This document shows, piece after piece, positions 1-30,122 of a stretch of 64,000 nucleotides of DNA. Position numbers and translations under genes: made by a program. The stretch is from Paragordius varius (taxonomy: Eukaryota > Animalia > Nematomorpha): assembly GCA_964247055.1 (NCBI GenBank), contig OZ176053.1, positions 2,666,001 through 2,730,000 of the forward strand. Direction: 5' to 3'. Position 1 is the first letter of the stretch; every line of letters starts with the position of its first letter. The notes beneath the pieces are model-generated. The model did not search any database, was not told the DNA's origin, and saw only the letters and a list, made by a program, of their open reading frames with translations.

Positions 1-247
1 TGTTAAAAATATATAAAAGTATTTATCATCCAAAAAAACATATATTTTATTTGAGGGTTTAAATTGTTTCAAGGCGATTTGAATGTTTAAGGGTGAATTT
101 AAATTGTAAATGGTATTTACTCATATTTATTTTCGTTTAAAAAAATATATCACCCTTATCTAATAGTATTTTACAGTGTATACTCGTCTATGAATACCAC
201 TATAAAACTTGTTTAAAATTTAAAATATGCGCCCCCTTTTCTTTTAG

Positions 248-1418
248 GCAATATTGTTACAATTTGTAACGGCTCTTGGTGCACTGTCTGGTACACTTTT
301 GGGTTTGGCTTCGCGTTATTATTTTCATCGTTTTATCTCTACGCTTTGGATCTTACCATTCACAGCTGGTGGTTTTATTTACATTGCTTGTGTTACCATA
401 CTACCCGATTTGTTGGATGAAAAGGAAACCGCCGAACACCAAAATGATGAATCTGTTGAAAATGTAGTACTTAAAAACAAAAAAGGATCACAAAAACTTG
501 GTATACTCCTATATATATGTATATATCAAAAATTGATATTATACGGACAAAACGAAATATAAAGTCAAATAATTATTTTCAAAAGACCACTGTACTTTTT
601 TAAACAAGATTTTTTAATATTACCAACTCATTGTTTATAAATTTCATGTGAAATAGAGATGTATATTGGTAACTTAATTAATTATATGTTTAACAATTGG
701 AATAAAATAATTTACATAGGAAAAAAAGTAACATGTCTTAATATTTTTACGTTTTGTCTGTATAATTACAATTTTATATTTAATGTTAGTGGTAATTTTT
801 CCGGATCTAATATAAGGCCCCATACTTCTAGCTACTCTATATTAATATATATATCCTTAAAAGGAGTTACAGAAAATTTTTAATATAACCTAATGTTTTG
901 TGCGTGTGTGCGAATTCAGCAAAAATTAAAAAATACGATCCTTTTTACAATTGGTCTTTACTTTATTATAATTTTTATTTTACAGTCAAAATTAAAATCA
1001 TACGGACAAACCGTAAAAATATATAGACAATTTTTTTCAAAAGACAACCATAATTTTTTAAACCCTAATTTTTCTCATATAAAATATTTACTTACCATCG
1101 TAAAACATAATGATTGTGTTACCCACATAAATCTTTATTCCTTGGTTATTAATTTCAAATAGTAATTTATAAATAAAAAATTTAGATTTATAAAGTATGG
1201 TTGTCTTTTAGAAAAAATATATGTCTTTATATTATATACGTTTTTTGTCCGTATAATTTCAATTTTTACTTTAATATTTGCATTGTTTGAATATAGAAAA
1301 AATTCATGATGGTGTTGGATTTTTGGATCAACTGTCACCTTTGTCGCAATGTTTCCTTGAAATAGGAGCTTTAATTACTGGAATACTTTTTATGGTTTTA
1401 CTAATTTTTTATGAATAA
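248..1418 (+). CDS. SLC39A7: LIV-1/ZIP7 (Catsup)-like zinc transporter, last two coding exons (gene 5'-truncated by window edge)
   Basis: Exons 248-500 and 1297-1418 (phase 1 matched, GT..AG). Translation [72 protein letters not shown] matches the TM6-TM8 region of ZIP7/ZIP13. ZIP7 is preferred by eye; ZIP13 is not excluded. Confidence 0.85.
526..1271. mobile_element. Two Tc1/mariner-like MITE copies (~526-785 and 983-1271) in the last ZIP7 intron
   Basis: Both carry atacggacaaa..aaata..aaagac..cca and its reverse complement. Confidence 0.7.
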
Positions 1419-4400
1419 ATTTTCTTTTGTATGTTAACTAATGTGCATAGAAATAAATTTATATTATGTACTTATAATTATTTTTATCACATTCATTACA
1501 ATATGATTTTTATCTTAATCTAATTTTATGTATGTATATTATATTGTCTACTATTTTTAATGCACTGACTTATATATTATTACAGCATGTTTAGACATAG
1601 AATAAATGGGCATTTGGAAATTTATTCAGTATTTATTATATTTCAATAGTATTAACACTTAAGAAGGGCATTTTTTATAGAAGCAAAGGTATTCTAAGAG
1701 CAGAACGTTGTTTTATGATCTATGACATCTTATAAATTACTACTTTGTCAGAAAAACGTATTTGAAATCTTTTCTTTTCTTATGAATAATATTATTAAAT
1801 AAGAATATATCAATTTTTTTCAAATGATCCAAATAATTTTATGATAAATGTGCTCCTAGTTTGATTTTTATGGAGAATTTCGGTTTTAAATATAATATGT
1901 TCATGGCCTTTACGTCGAGTTCACCAATTAAAGGTTGCAAAAAAAACCGATAAAAAGCTTAATTTTTGACGTTAAGATCCTTAAAGTAGTGAGGCTCTCT
2001 AAATCTAATTTAGTTTTTCAATTTTAATGCTTAGATATTAATTTGTCTAACAATCATCTTACTTAATGGACATAAATAATTATATATTTATTAGAGTAAT
2101 ATATTACGATTTACCTTAAGTTTTAAGGCTCAAAAATCGTTAAAGAATTTTTTTATTTTTATTGTAATATTCTTTCTAAAATAGCATCCAAACGATTTTA
2201 ACCAAATTTTTAGTTTAAAATAAAATTAACTCTTGGCTTTTATAAATTTACACATTTTGTTAAAATATTTTATAGTTGATTTGATATTTGAAGGAAACAA
2301 TTGATATTTTATATAACCATATTTAGATGTTATAATTAATATCTCAAATTTATAATGATTTAATGCAAAGCAGATTTTTTTAAAAGTATCGAAAATTTCT
2401 TTTCCACTCTAACTCTATTTTTTTAATACTAAAAATATGCTATAACATAGAATCAAAATATTAAGTAAATGCGCAAAAGTTTTTTGACCTATTAGAACGA
2501 GAAAATATGTGAATTATAATTAATGCAGGCATTTTTGCTTTGAAAAGAATCTAAAATATATTCGGTATAAAAGTTTAAATATTTTTTGCTGACGATCTTG
2601 ATTATCCGATTAAAAATCCATGTAAATTAAAATTTTTAGAGAGATGGTTGTTAAATATTTTAAAACGAATAAGCCGATTTTATTTTTCTGCTACTTGAAA
2701 AGTTTAAGGTTCTAAAATTATTAGAGCCTTAAAAATGGTAGCTCAAAATTTATCCCAATCACTGATCCATAAAATCTAACTCAAATCAATTTTATGGAGG
2801 ATGATATGCAGTTATCGATTAAAAAAGGCGCTCAACTAAGTTGTTTTTATGCCAGGAAATGTATTATTACATCTTCATCAGGTCATAAAGTTTACTAAAA
2901 ATTAACTTCAAAGTCTGTATTTTTTCGAGGTAGGTATTTTGTAAATGGTAGATCTTTACTCACAGCACTTCGTTTAAAAATAGATCAACTTAAGACCTTA
3001 TACGGCGATACCTATAATAATTTATATATTATTTGGGGGAAATATACCTCAAATAAGTTTTTTAAAACGTTGAAGTATTTTACAGAGAGTTTTGCTCTAT
3101 TTAGCGGTTTGTTTAAAAAGCACTCATCTCAAATTTTTTGGCTTCACGAAAAATCCCGGAAACACTATTCAATCCACATCATTTTTTAATTTAAATCAAT
3201 GTAAAGCCAAGTTATTTTTATATGTTAAAAAAGTTTACCAGGAAAACAGAGGTTTTAAGAAAATAAAATAGCAACAATGTGTTGTCTTTAGCGTATAGGC
3301 CAATTTAACATCAAAAATAAAATTTTTATACATCGAACATAATTGCGCTCCTCTTTTATATTAGCTTAGCCGTTCCCTCATAAAATGACATTTCTGCCGA
3401 AGACGTAATAATAATTAATTTTGCTCAAGTTATGTGACAATATAAAATCACTAGTTTTAGGTGATCCCATTGCTTTTGATTCCGCTTTTTAGGATTTACA
3501 CATCTTTAAAATGCCATACCTTATAAACAATGTGGGAAAAACTTATATAATCGTACAATTCGTGTATAAAGGCAAAAATATGTACTACGCTTTTTTACCA
3601 CTGCTTAGGACACAGATTAGGATCAAACCTAAAAAGGTTATCGGATTATATTAAGCACATTTAAACATTCAATTGGTTTGTGCCTTAAAAATTGAGTCAA
3701 AGCCAACATTCTATATATTTATAAATAGTAATTTAAGGTTTTAATAGATAATATTGATTAAATGCTCTGAGTCTTAGTGATATCTTTCTTAAAATGAAAT
3801 ATTTGGCATTTATAACTATAAAAATCCATTTAAGATTTCATGACCTTTTAGGGTATTTTATATCCAATAGCGATTTGAAATTCGAATATCTCAAAAAGTA
3901 TAGATATTTGGCGGAATTTAGAAATATGCTGGTCTTTAGCCTTTTAAGCGCATAATACGATTTGTAAATGTATAATTGTAAAAAAATCCTCAACTCCAGT
4001 TTTTGTCGCCATTTTTTTATTTTTTTTAAATTTCTAATAAAATAATAAACTTCAGTAAGCTTTCAGGGTACGTTTTACAAGCAAAAATTGATTTATTTTG
4101 ATTTTTATCTCAGCTGTTTAGATCAATCGTGTTTTGGAGCTGTCGCAATTATAGACTTTAGAGGCAGAACTGTAAAAAATAAAGGCGTTTTATCTAATAC
4201 AGAGAACAATGTTTTAATATAACTAAAATAACTTTCAAAACTGTAGTTTAATTAATAGATTGAGCTTTGGGAAAAACTACTCCAATATATCGTGGACAAA
4301 AAAGTGAAAGGGTCATACTTATAATTGATTTCTAGCATAATAATTTATTTTTTTTTATATTTAAATTACTGTTAATAATTTAATACAAAATTTAATCTTT

Positions 4401-5162
4401 CTGCATGTAAACAATATATTTATTAAGCAAAATAATGTGATAATATGAATAACATAAAAAGCCAAGAAATAAGGTCCTTAAAATTTTTTGACACTTTTTA
4501 AAACAACTCGTTCAATAATTTAAATTTCGATCTTTGCTGTTCATATAATAAATTTTTCGTACAAAATACATTTAAATGTATTTAATTGGTTTAACCTAAA
4601 TATATTTATATATAATATTTTGGTGCATTTTATAGATGTAAATTTAAATTTTCAATAGCTAGTCATTCCACCTAAAATTAAACATAACTTTGGCGCATAT
4701 TCAATTTATTTTTACACCAGATTTCATACATATTTGAAAATTTTATTATACATCCAAAGTTTTATATTGTATCATTTTTATGTTGGCCAATGTGAATAAA
4801 TATGTTAACACAATTATTTGGCTAATTTAGATTTTAATAAGTTATAATGATTATTAAATAAAATTTTTTGATAATTTTTTTTGGCACAATTAAAATTTAC
4901 ACAACTTTTTTTTACCTTTCCCACGCGTTTGGAGAATGAAAATGTAAAATGTATCAATATATTGTAAAAATTATCGATACTTTTCAATTAAAATTTATAT
5001 TAATCAATAACCAAACTTTGCCATATGTGTATAAAAGTTAGCCAAATGAGAAAAATTTAGGTTTCCAAAATAAATTGGAATACCTTCAATTTCCAAGGTA
5101 TATATATGGGACACCCCAATGAATATAAAATAATTTAAAATATTTATATTAATTGCAAAAAT

Positions 5163-8100
5163 ATGTATTTCATCACAGCTTTACTTATTCTATGCCTTGC
5201 TGTTAATGGTATTAAACCATCTTCAATACAAAAAAGTAAAATATTATATTCATCTTTTTAATTTATAAATGTTTGTGTATCAAATATCATTATACATAAA
5301 GGACAACTTTGGCCATCACAAACATCTAGACCTATTCGACCTACTAGTAATTAAAACCATCTTATATTTTAAACATTATATCGTTTTTTATATATAAATT
5401 TTTTTACAATTTTACATTATTTAAAAATAAGCTACCAGCTCTGGAACATGCGGAGTCCCTAAAGGGAAACCCAGTGTCGCAAATTGCACTTTAAACAATC
5501 AAGGGATAGTTGGTGGTGTCAAATCGGGTCCGAATGCTTGGCCTTGGCAGGTTTTAAAATATCCCTTTTATATATTATTAGCGTGTTGATTTATACTGTG
5601 AAAAAGATCCGTTTTTTTAAATCAAAACATATGACTAATTATGCTTATATGTGTGTTATACTGTAAAAAATGAAATCATATAAAAAAAACGTAAAAACAT
5701 AAAGAAAAATTATTTTTTCAAAAGATAACCATACTTAAACATTAATTAATCCTGTAAAAACTATTTAATTACAATTATATAATGATGTTTTACCAAATTT
5801 CTATTTCATACTTTGTAGTACAGCGGTCTTTTAAAAAACAGTTCTAATGTTTTTATATTTTGTCTGTATAATTCAATTTTTACTGTTAGGTGGCTCTAAC
5901 ACTTTGGGATCAAAAGTTTTGTGGAGGAAGTATTCTGGATGCCACCACAATTTTGACAGCAGCTCATTGTACAGAAGGATATGAATCGTATATACTACCT
6001 CTATATTACCAATCATTAATTTTGTTTATGGTCTCACCCAATAATATGAGTCACCATTTATTTTCTTAAGCAAACGTTAATTATTAGATTTTTTCCGATT
6101 TGATTCAACAATATATGATGAATAGCTTATTATATAAAGTAGTTTTGGGTAAATCTTACGATAATTATAGTTTAATATGGAATTTAAATGGAATTCCTTC
6201 TATCTATATATAATAACTTAAATAGTTAAAAATTAAGATATGGGGTGTCCGACATGGGGCTTGCGGGCCGAATGCGGCCCTTCATCCTCAGCCCGCCAAA
6301 AATTTCAAAAACAAAATATTACGAATTTAAATAAAATTGATTTTTAAAAACAATCTCATAAATAATTTTTCCGAATTTTCAGCAAAAAATGTTAAAATAA
6401 GTAGTAGTTTTTAATTTAAAAATCTGCTAAAATATTTGTTAATGCTCATTAATTTATAAATGCGGCCGGCCGATTTCTTCAATTCAAAAATGCGGCTGGC
6501 AAAATTTGTGTTGGTCACCCCTGATTTGGACTTCCGAAGTTGTTAAACTAAGAGCTGATTTGTATTACACAGTGTCCACACAAAAATAGCCTGTTGAAAT
6601 ATATATATATATATATATATATATATTCTGATAATGTATCAGGATCATTATGGTGGTTGTGGTATTGGCCCTAACGAATGGTTTAATAAAGTTATTTACA
6701 CTTTTGCGACTGCTCCATATCAAAAAATGGCAAAATTTGCGCACTATTTTGTAAATAATGCTTCCTTCTAAAAACATTATAATATATTATAACTACCTAT
6801 AAAAAGCAAAACAATATTTTGAAATTTTATGTAGGCTCCAAAAGTCCTAAATTTTTTTGCGCTCAATGGACTAGTTTTCTAATAAACGGAAAATGCGGGA
6901 TTGTGCGATAAAAATTTTAATATACTAAATTTTGACATAACAAATATTTAAAATTGCGTACATAAAATTTATTTTTTGTTGAGGCGTAATTCATACTATT
7001 TGAAGCATTATGCAAACGGTATAAACACGTTTTAAGATATCAAAAAACACTTTTTCTATATAAATCGATGATGCTAAACATTATTATTACATCAGTTTGA
7101 TTAAATTCATTCGTCATCAAATTTATGTTTAATATAAATTGATTTTTATAAAAATTTACCGAAATTTGAAAATAACCTTTAATTTAAATTTTGAAGCGAT
7201 AATATTCAGCATCATCAAATTATATAGAAAAGGAGTTTTTATTATATCATAAAGCGTTTTATAACGTTTCCAACACCTCAAAATGGAATGCTTTAACAAA
7301 ATTTTGCTTAAAATTTTGAATTTTAAAAAAACTAGTCCATTTTAGAAGCGCGAAAAAATTTAGGATTTTCGGATCCTACATCTAAAAATTAAATTTTTTT
7401 AAAAATATTGTTTTGCTTTTTATACGTAGTTTATGATATATTATAGTGGTTTTTTTCAAATGAACCATTTAGCTCTCACCAAAAAAATTTTATTTAAAAA
7501 AGCTGAAGGTGCTAAAAATTTTCCAGCATCTGATATGGACTTAACGCAAAAGTGTAATTATCTTTATTATACCATCCGTAAGGGCCAAACCAAAAGCACC
7601 ATGATAATCCTGATACATTTTTCTAATATATATTTCAACAGGTGATTATTCGGATGCAGTGTTATCAATGAATTAAGATTAACAGGAAAAGCGCAATTTA
7701 TTTTGTCTATTCACAATTAGATGATAAATTATAAAAATTAGATGCATCTAAAGCAAATCCTATTAAATGTATCTAAAGTAAATAATTTTATTCAAAAATT
7801 ATATTATTTGCATTTATGTTGATATTGCGACCGAAAAAAATCTGTCGCCAACGAAATAAGATTTTTTTTATAAATTTTTAATTTAATACGCTTAAAAGAC
7901 CATAGAATACATATATTTTGATTTCAACCAATATCATAGATATTTTAAAAAGGTAAATTTATAACCTGTCTTGGTTAATCAATGGAAATGAAAAAAGCTC
8001 ATAATGTTATAATGGTTAAAATAACCATGCCAAGTTTAAGCTTTATTTAATATAAATTACTTGCTATATATATCCAAACTTAAAAAGCTAAATATTTATT

Positions 8101-9385
8101 TATTTTCATTTTATGTTAACACAGTTATATAGCTGATATGGATGTCCTGTACGGAGCCCAAGACTTAGTTAACGGTAACCCTAAAAAAGTTGCCGTGAAA
8201 AAAATTATAACCCATTCTCAATTCGATCCTAACACAGTGGTAAACGATATTAACATTTTGAAATTGGCCTCACCCATAGTGTTCAGTAATTCGGCTCAAC
8301 CCATATGTCTCCCTTCATCAAGTAGGGATGAACCAGCTGATGGCGATGCATGTATTGTAACTGGATGGGGAGATGCTCAAAGTAAATATACTCAATTAAG
8401 AAAAATAATTTAAATCTTACTGGTGGTGGAAATTTTTTGAGAGATTTCTATTTTTAACACGACAAAAAAATTTAGATTCTGACCTTTAAATATAATAAGC
8501 ATTTATAAGTTAATTGTTTCACCTTACATATTAAATGGAATGATGTATTTTATATGGTTTTAAATAAAGTGTTTAAGATTGGGGACTTGTCAGGTGAAGT
8601 AAAATATAATAAATTAATAATTGAAGCCAGGATGTTTAAATTGCGCATAAATATTAAAGGTTTTAATTATTAATTTGACTCCACTAACATCTAAACCTTT
8701 TTACCCTTCGTTTCTTTAATCTCCTGTAACCTTTTTGGCACGGAATAACAAGATAATTGTTGGGCCGAGATTATAAGTGATTGTGCTTTTGGATAGTACT
8801 TATAATTATAATCATGGGTTATTACTTTAAATGCAATTAAACAATTTTTTTCATAGATACATCGTACGAAACCTTTACTTATTTGCAAGAAGTTTGTGTT
8901 AACGTTGTTAATCACAAAAAGTGCGAAGGCTTGTTGGGCGTTGGTCCTAAAATGTTATGTGCTGGCATTATGTCTGGAGGAAAAGATTCTTGCGTCGTAA
9001 GATTTTTTTACCTTAAAGCAATAGCTCAAAAAAATATTTTAGTTAAATGTTTGTTTGACAATCACATACCATTTCTGGTCAAAAGCAACACTTTTTCGAT
9101 CGAATGCAACATTTTCCATCCAAACGGAACCAAAAATATTGCTTTTTCTTGAAAGTGTTGCGTTAAAAATGTATGGCCTTTGTCTGAAAAATCGTATATA
9201 CAATGTTTATCAAAATAAATATTGTTTATTAGGGAGATTCTGGAGGTCCTCTGGTCTGTAAATTTGGCGGAGTGTGGAAACAATCAGGAGTGGTTAGTTG
9301 GGGAAATGGTTGTGCTAAAGCCGGATATCCTGGTGTTTATACCAATGTTGCCGATTACTTAGATTGGATTAAGGCTAACCGCTAA
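5163..9385 (+). CDS. Secreted trypsin-family (S1A) serine protease, 7 exons, ~285 aa
   Basis: Exons 5163-5208, 5302-5346, 5432-5550, 5890-5987, 8125-8381, 8857-8996, 9233-9385 (858 nt, all phases match). Signal peptide [16 protein letters not shown]; IVGG..AWPWQ; TAAHC (His); NDINILKL (Asp); GDSGGP (Ser); KDSC (Asp189, trypsin-like S1 pocket); SWGNGCA..YPGVYT. Confidence 0.95.
5661..5885. mobile_element. Tc1/mariner-like MITE copy in trypsin intron 3
   Basis: Family TIR; right end ..tataattcaatttttactg lies 4 nt before the splice acceptor. Confidence 0.65.
6239..6523. mobile_element. hAT-like MITE (CAGGGGTGTCC..GGACACCCCTG-type termini)
   Basis: ggggtgtccgac..gcgggccgaatgcggccc ... gttggtcacccctg. 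No 8-bp TSD could be verified. Confidence 0.55.
6567..7665. repeat. Nested foldback: outer inverted repeats (~6567-6750 / ~7500-7665) enclosing an inner foldback element 6791-7431
   Basis: Outer arms gtatcaggatcattatggtg..ggccct..acacttttgcg versus cgcaaaagtgt..agggcc..caccatgataatcctgatac. Inner TIR aactacctataaaaagcaaaacaatatttt versus aaaatattgttttgctttttatacgtagtt; a further left end of the inner element near 29432. Confidence 0.7.
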
Positions 9386-9602
9386 TTTTTTTTTCTAAAT
9401 AATTATTTTGTCCATACAAAGCTTATTTATATTTCAAATCAATTAATATATTATAGTTAGTATATTACTATGTTGTTTATCAAAAAGTTATCGTAACAAA
9501 TGTCATATACAATAGAGGAGTTAGATTCTGTAGTTTAAATTTAATTTTAAAATATAATATACCAATAAATTCAATGCTATGATTGAAACTTATTATCATT
9601 AA

Positions 9603-10979
9603 CTAGCGTAAATCTCGTGCTGCTACGCAGCCCGAGGATTTGAAAAAAGGGATCAATAAAATGATCCATATATGTAGATTATTTCGAAACATTATTTAAT
9701 AGCTATGATCTCATAGGATTATCTAAACGGTGTCTTCATTTAATGGTGTAAAGGCCCCAATTTGACGACTAAGGGAAAAAACCGCTATACTATAATTTTT
9801 AACTTTTATGGATAATATTCAAAGCCTTTATTGAACTGGTATACATTCATAAATGATTATATTTTTTTGACATCTAAATTCAAAGGGTCTACTGGTTTTC
9901 CAGAAACAGGTCACAAAGCCACCACTTTCCATTTTTATAAATATATAGATGATACAGTATGAATAAGTGTACATTGCTAGAAAGTCATTAGTTATTTCCA
10001 AATAGCATATATAATAAAAGGCAATTTCAAAAAAACGCACGACCTAATTTTTCGACCTGTTACGGGTAATATTTTTAGCACCTATTGAACTCATATGACC
10101 TGATAGGTTTTCTTTAAATTAGTTCCAAAACAATGCAAATTCTATATAGTGGCGCAGTTTTAGGCGGGCTCCCTCGAGGCTGATACAAAAAAAGCGCCTG
10201 ATTAATATATTTGCCTTTTTACGGAGAATACCTGGAATCATGATTGATTCCATATGCTCTCATTAGTTTTCGGAAAATTTGCCTCAAAATTATAAAATCA
10301 TTCGATGGTGGCGCATTTTTCACAGCGTAAAGGTCCGAATTAACGGCTAATTTAAATAATCCGCTCGATTTAAATTTTTGACTTTTTACGGGTAATATTT
10401 TAAAAACGAATTTAACTCATATGGCCTGATAGGTTTTCTGAAATTTAGCCCCAAAGGCACGCTATTTCGATATAACGGGTCAGTTTTTAGTGGGTAGCTC
10501 CCTACCCAGAAGCTATCATCAATAAAACGCCTGACTCAAATTTTTGCCTTTTATACCCGGAATCCTTGTTGAATTTTTACGGTCTCATACTTTGCGCGAA
10601 AAATATTGTGGACTTTGTTTTTTGAAAAAAAAGTGGCATTTTACGGGGAGAGAGGGTAAAAAGAGGGCCTAAATTAAAAAAGCAAGCCGACTATGTTCGG
10701 CGCAATTGAAAAAAAGTAAATAAAAATCATATTTTCGAATGGTCCAACACGTTTTCCGTAAAATTGTCTTAAGACAAAATTTTTGTAGACTTTTGTTAAA
10801 AAAAACCCGTTTTTCACATGGGGTGGGCCCGAACTGAGGACCTATTTCAAAAAAGGGCGAAGCTATTGTCGGGGCATTCATTAATGATTATATTTTTTCG
10901 ACATTTGGATTTGAATGGGTCTACGCGTTATCCGGAAACAGATAACAAACCACTTTCCATTTTTATAAATATACATAAA
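9603..10979 (-). mobile_element. Non-autonomous composite Helitron, copy 1
   Basis: On the - strand it ends in hairpin CTCGGGCTGC-gta-GCAGCACGAG, 7 nt, then CTAG|T. Degenerate 5' end A|TTTATGTATATTTATAAAAATGG, with an internal second 5' end A|TCTATATATTTATAAAAATGG at 9949. Collinear with 37761-40797. Confidence 0.8.
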
Positions 10980-11603
10980 TTAAAATATAATACCATCTAA
11001 AGGTAATAAATTAAAAATATCTGGTTAGAGTTTATTTTGTCATTTACATTGGCCTCTTATTCTGGAATATGGGAACTTGGCTTAGTATCCGCATCTATAC
11101 ATATATACTTTTAAAAAAATTATTAAATTATATATAATAAATACTAAGGATAATTAAAAAATCATTAAAATACGTTTAATTGAATATTTTTTTATATGGC
11201 TCATCTTAAACTAGCATTTAAAAATTAGAAAAATGTATAATGATCATCACATAGGCAAATAATTTGAGATGTATAATTAGAAAAACTATACTGATGGAAG
11301 AGTTCCAAGGTATTTACAATTAAATTTTGTTTTAAAACATTGAGGGTCGTCTAGGAAAATCAGCTCTTAATTAAACAATGTTAGTGAGATAAACAGTTTT
11401 CAAAAGTTAATTTAACAATGACGGTTTCCACATGCAATATATTTTAAAATAATTTTTATTTGACTAAACTTTTTTTCCTTTTATTTTTACATTGAACAAA
11501 AATTACAAGTAGTAATCGTAAATTAATATTTTAAATAAATTCAAATATTTTTATTTATTACTATATAAAAATATAATTTGTTATGATAAAATGAATAGAT
11601 CAT

Positions 11604-28462
<16,859 letters not shown>

Positions 28463-28516
28463 ACGGTATACTACACACAGTTAATATCACATGTAAAAAT
28501 AATTTCAACTCTATAA

Positions 28517-29073
28517 CACTTGGATGCAACACAATCATTTCAGTCCTTCGATTAAAATTGGGGTAGTTAAATACCCCTAACATTAAATAATTCAAAAAGT
28601 ATGGATAAATTAAAACCATGGAAAATATTTGCACATTTATACCATTATTGAACCGAAATATATAAAAAATTTAATTCAAAAATACTTAATATAGCTTATT
28701 TTTAGGTAAAACCTCAAGGTAAAAATTTAGTCAACATGACATGTGTGCATTGGCTAAATTTAAAAATAATACAAAATAAACCATTTTTTCTGTTTTTATC
28801 AATGTTAGATGTGATATAAATAGAGAATTAGCTTTTATTTTAGCTTTAAAACCATATAAACACGGTATTTTGCAAAAATGTTATAACATAAAAATGGCTT
28901 CGAAATAGTTTAATTTTTTATAGAAACCAAATTTATTTAGATATTTCGGCTTATTTATATTATTAGAATAGAATCATAAATTTAAATTGGGACCGTTTAT
29001 TTTAGTAGTTTTTTAAATATTTCAACTTAAATACAGTCTGGGATATTTAGATACCCCAATTTGCATCGAAGTG
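28517..29073. mobile_element. piggyBac-like MITE (CACTT..AAGTG termini), copy abutting the DHX16 start
   Basis: CACTTGGAT..ATCGAAGTG|TTAA; same internal sequence as the 29609 and 35359 copies; left flank ATAA. Confidence 0.7.
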
Positions 29074-29608
29074 TTAACTTTTATGCAATTTATTGTTAAA
29101 ATTTATTCATCAACATTGTTCTCATGTATTAGAAAGGAAAACTTATTTTTTTGACATTAGGAGTCCAAAATTGGGACAGCTCCAAAACCGATTAAATTAA
29201 ACAGCTGATATTAAATCAAAATATATCAAGCCTTCTGGTAAAATATTACAGATTTGCAAAATTTATTATTTTCATTTTCTTACCATTACATTTATTTGCC
29301 TACGAAAAAAATAACAGAAATATAATTTTTATGATAAGTGGTCCATAAGAAATATGACAAAATTTGCCCACATTTAAAATTATTTTGGGTAAAAGCTAGA
29401 GGCTTCATAAAAACATCGATATATATCATAAACTACCTATTAAGAAAGCAAATAATTGTTTTTAAAAAATTTTGTTTTTAGGGCTACGAATTTCCAAATT
29501 TTTTTGCTCTTCTGAAATGAGCTAGTCCCCTTATAAAACGCTACCGAGATGGCGGAATACAAATTGTAAATATAACCTAATTTTGATATCAACTAAAAAT
29601 AATTTTAA

Positions 29609-30122
29609 CACTTGGATACAGCACATTAATTTTAGTACTTCGATTCGAAATGGGGTAGTTAAATACCCCAAGCCTGTTTGAAATTAAATTCTTTAAAAAA
29701 TATGGAAGAATCGAAACCATTGCCAAATTTTGTACTTATATAACATTAATAAACCGAAATATATAAAAAGTTTTATTCAATAATAGTTGATTATACTGAT
29801 TTAAAGGTAAAACCGAAAGGTAAATATTTAGCCAAAGGAACATGTGTGCAAAGGTAAAATTGAAAAAGAATACAAATTTAATCGCTTTTTCTATTTCTAT
29901 TAATGTTAGATATTTTGCAACAATTTTGTAAAATAAAATTGGCGTCGAAGTAGTTGACATGGAACTTTTTTTTTAAAAACAAAACTTTACGATATTTTGG
30001 CATATTTATATATAAGGATAGAAGCATAAATTTAAATTGGGACCGTTTCATTCAGTAGATTTTTAAAAATCTTAACTCAAATTTAGTCTGGGGTATTTAG
30101 ATACCCAATTTGAATCGAAGTG
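29609..30122. mobile_element. piggyBac-like MITE
   Basis: TTAA|CACTTGGAT...ATCGAAGTG|TTAA: TTAA duplication on both sides. Confidence 0.8.

Noticed and set aside
659-1338. ORF-track ORFs 659-883, 893-1162, 1135-1338 (and similar ones at 15732, 23105, 29736, 35557, 37644, 39969, 46102, 57797)
   Set aside because: F/I/K/N/Y-rich translations of AT-rich introns or MITE/Helitron sequence; no motifs and no consistent splice phases.
2760-3420. Possible decayed transposase or exon between ZIP7 and trypsin
   Set aside because: Slightly GC-richer, but all frames are short and no motif is recognisable; needs BLASTX.
6239-6523. 8-bp target-site duplications for the hAT-like MITEs
   Set aside because: Flanks do not match exactly in any copy, so the superfamily call rests on terminal motifs only.
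28463-28480. AG acceptors 6-17 nt before several ATGs (DHX16, Gly-rich gene, lectin, RFC2, AHCYL) as proof of SL trans-splicing
   Set aside because: An AG within that distance is expected often by chance, and trypsin and AHCYL-B lack one. Mentioned only as a hypothesis where gene spacing independently suggests it.
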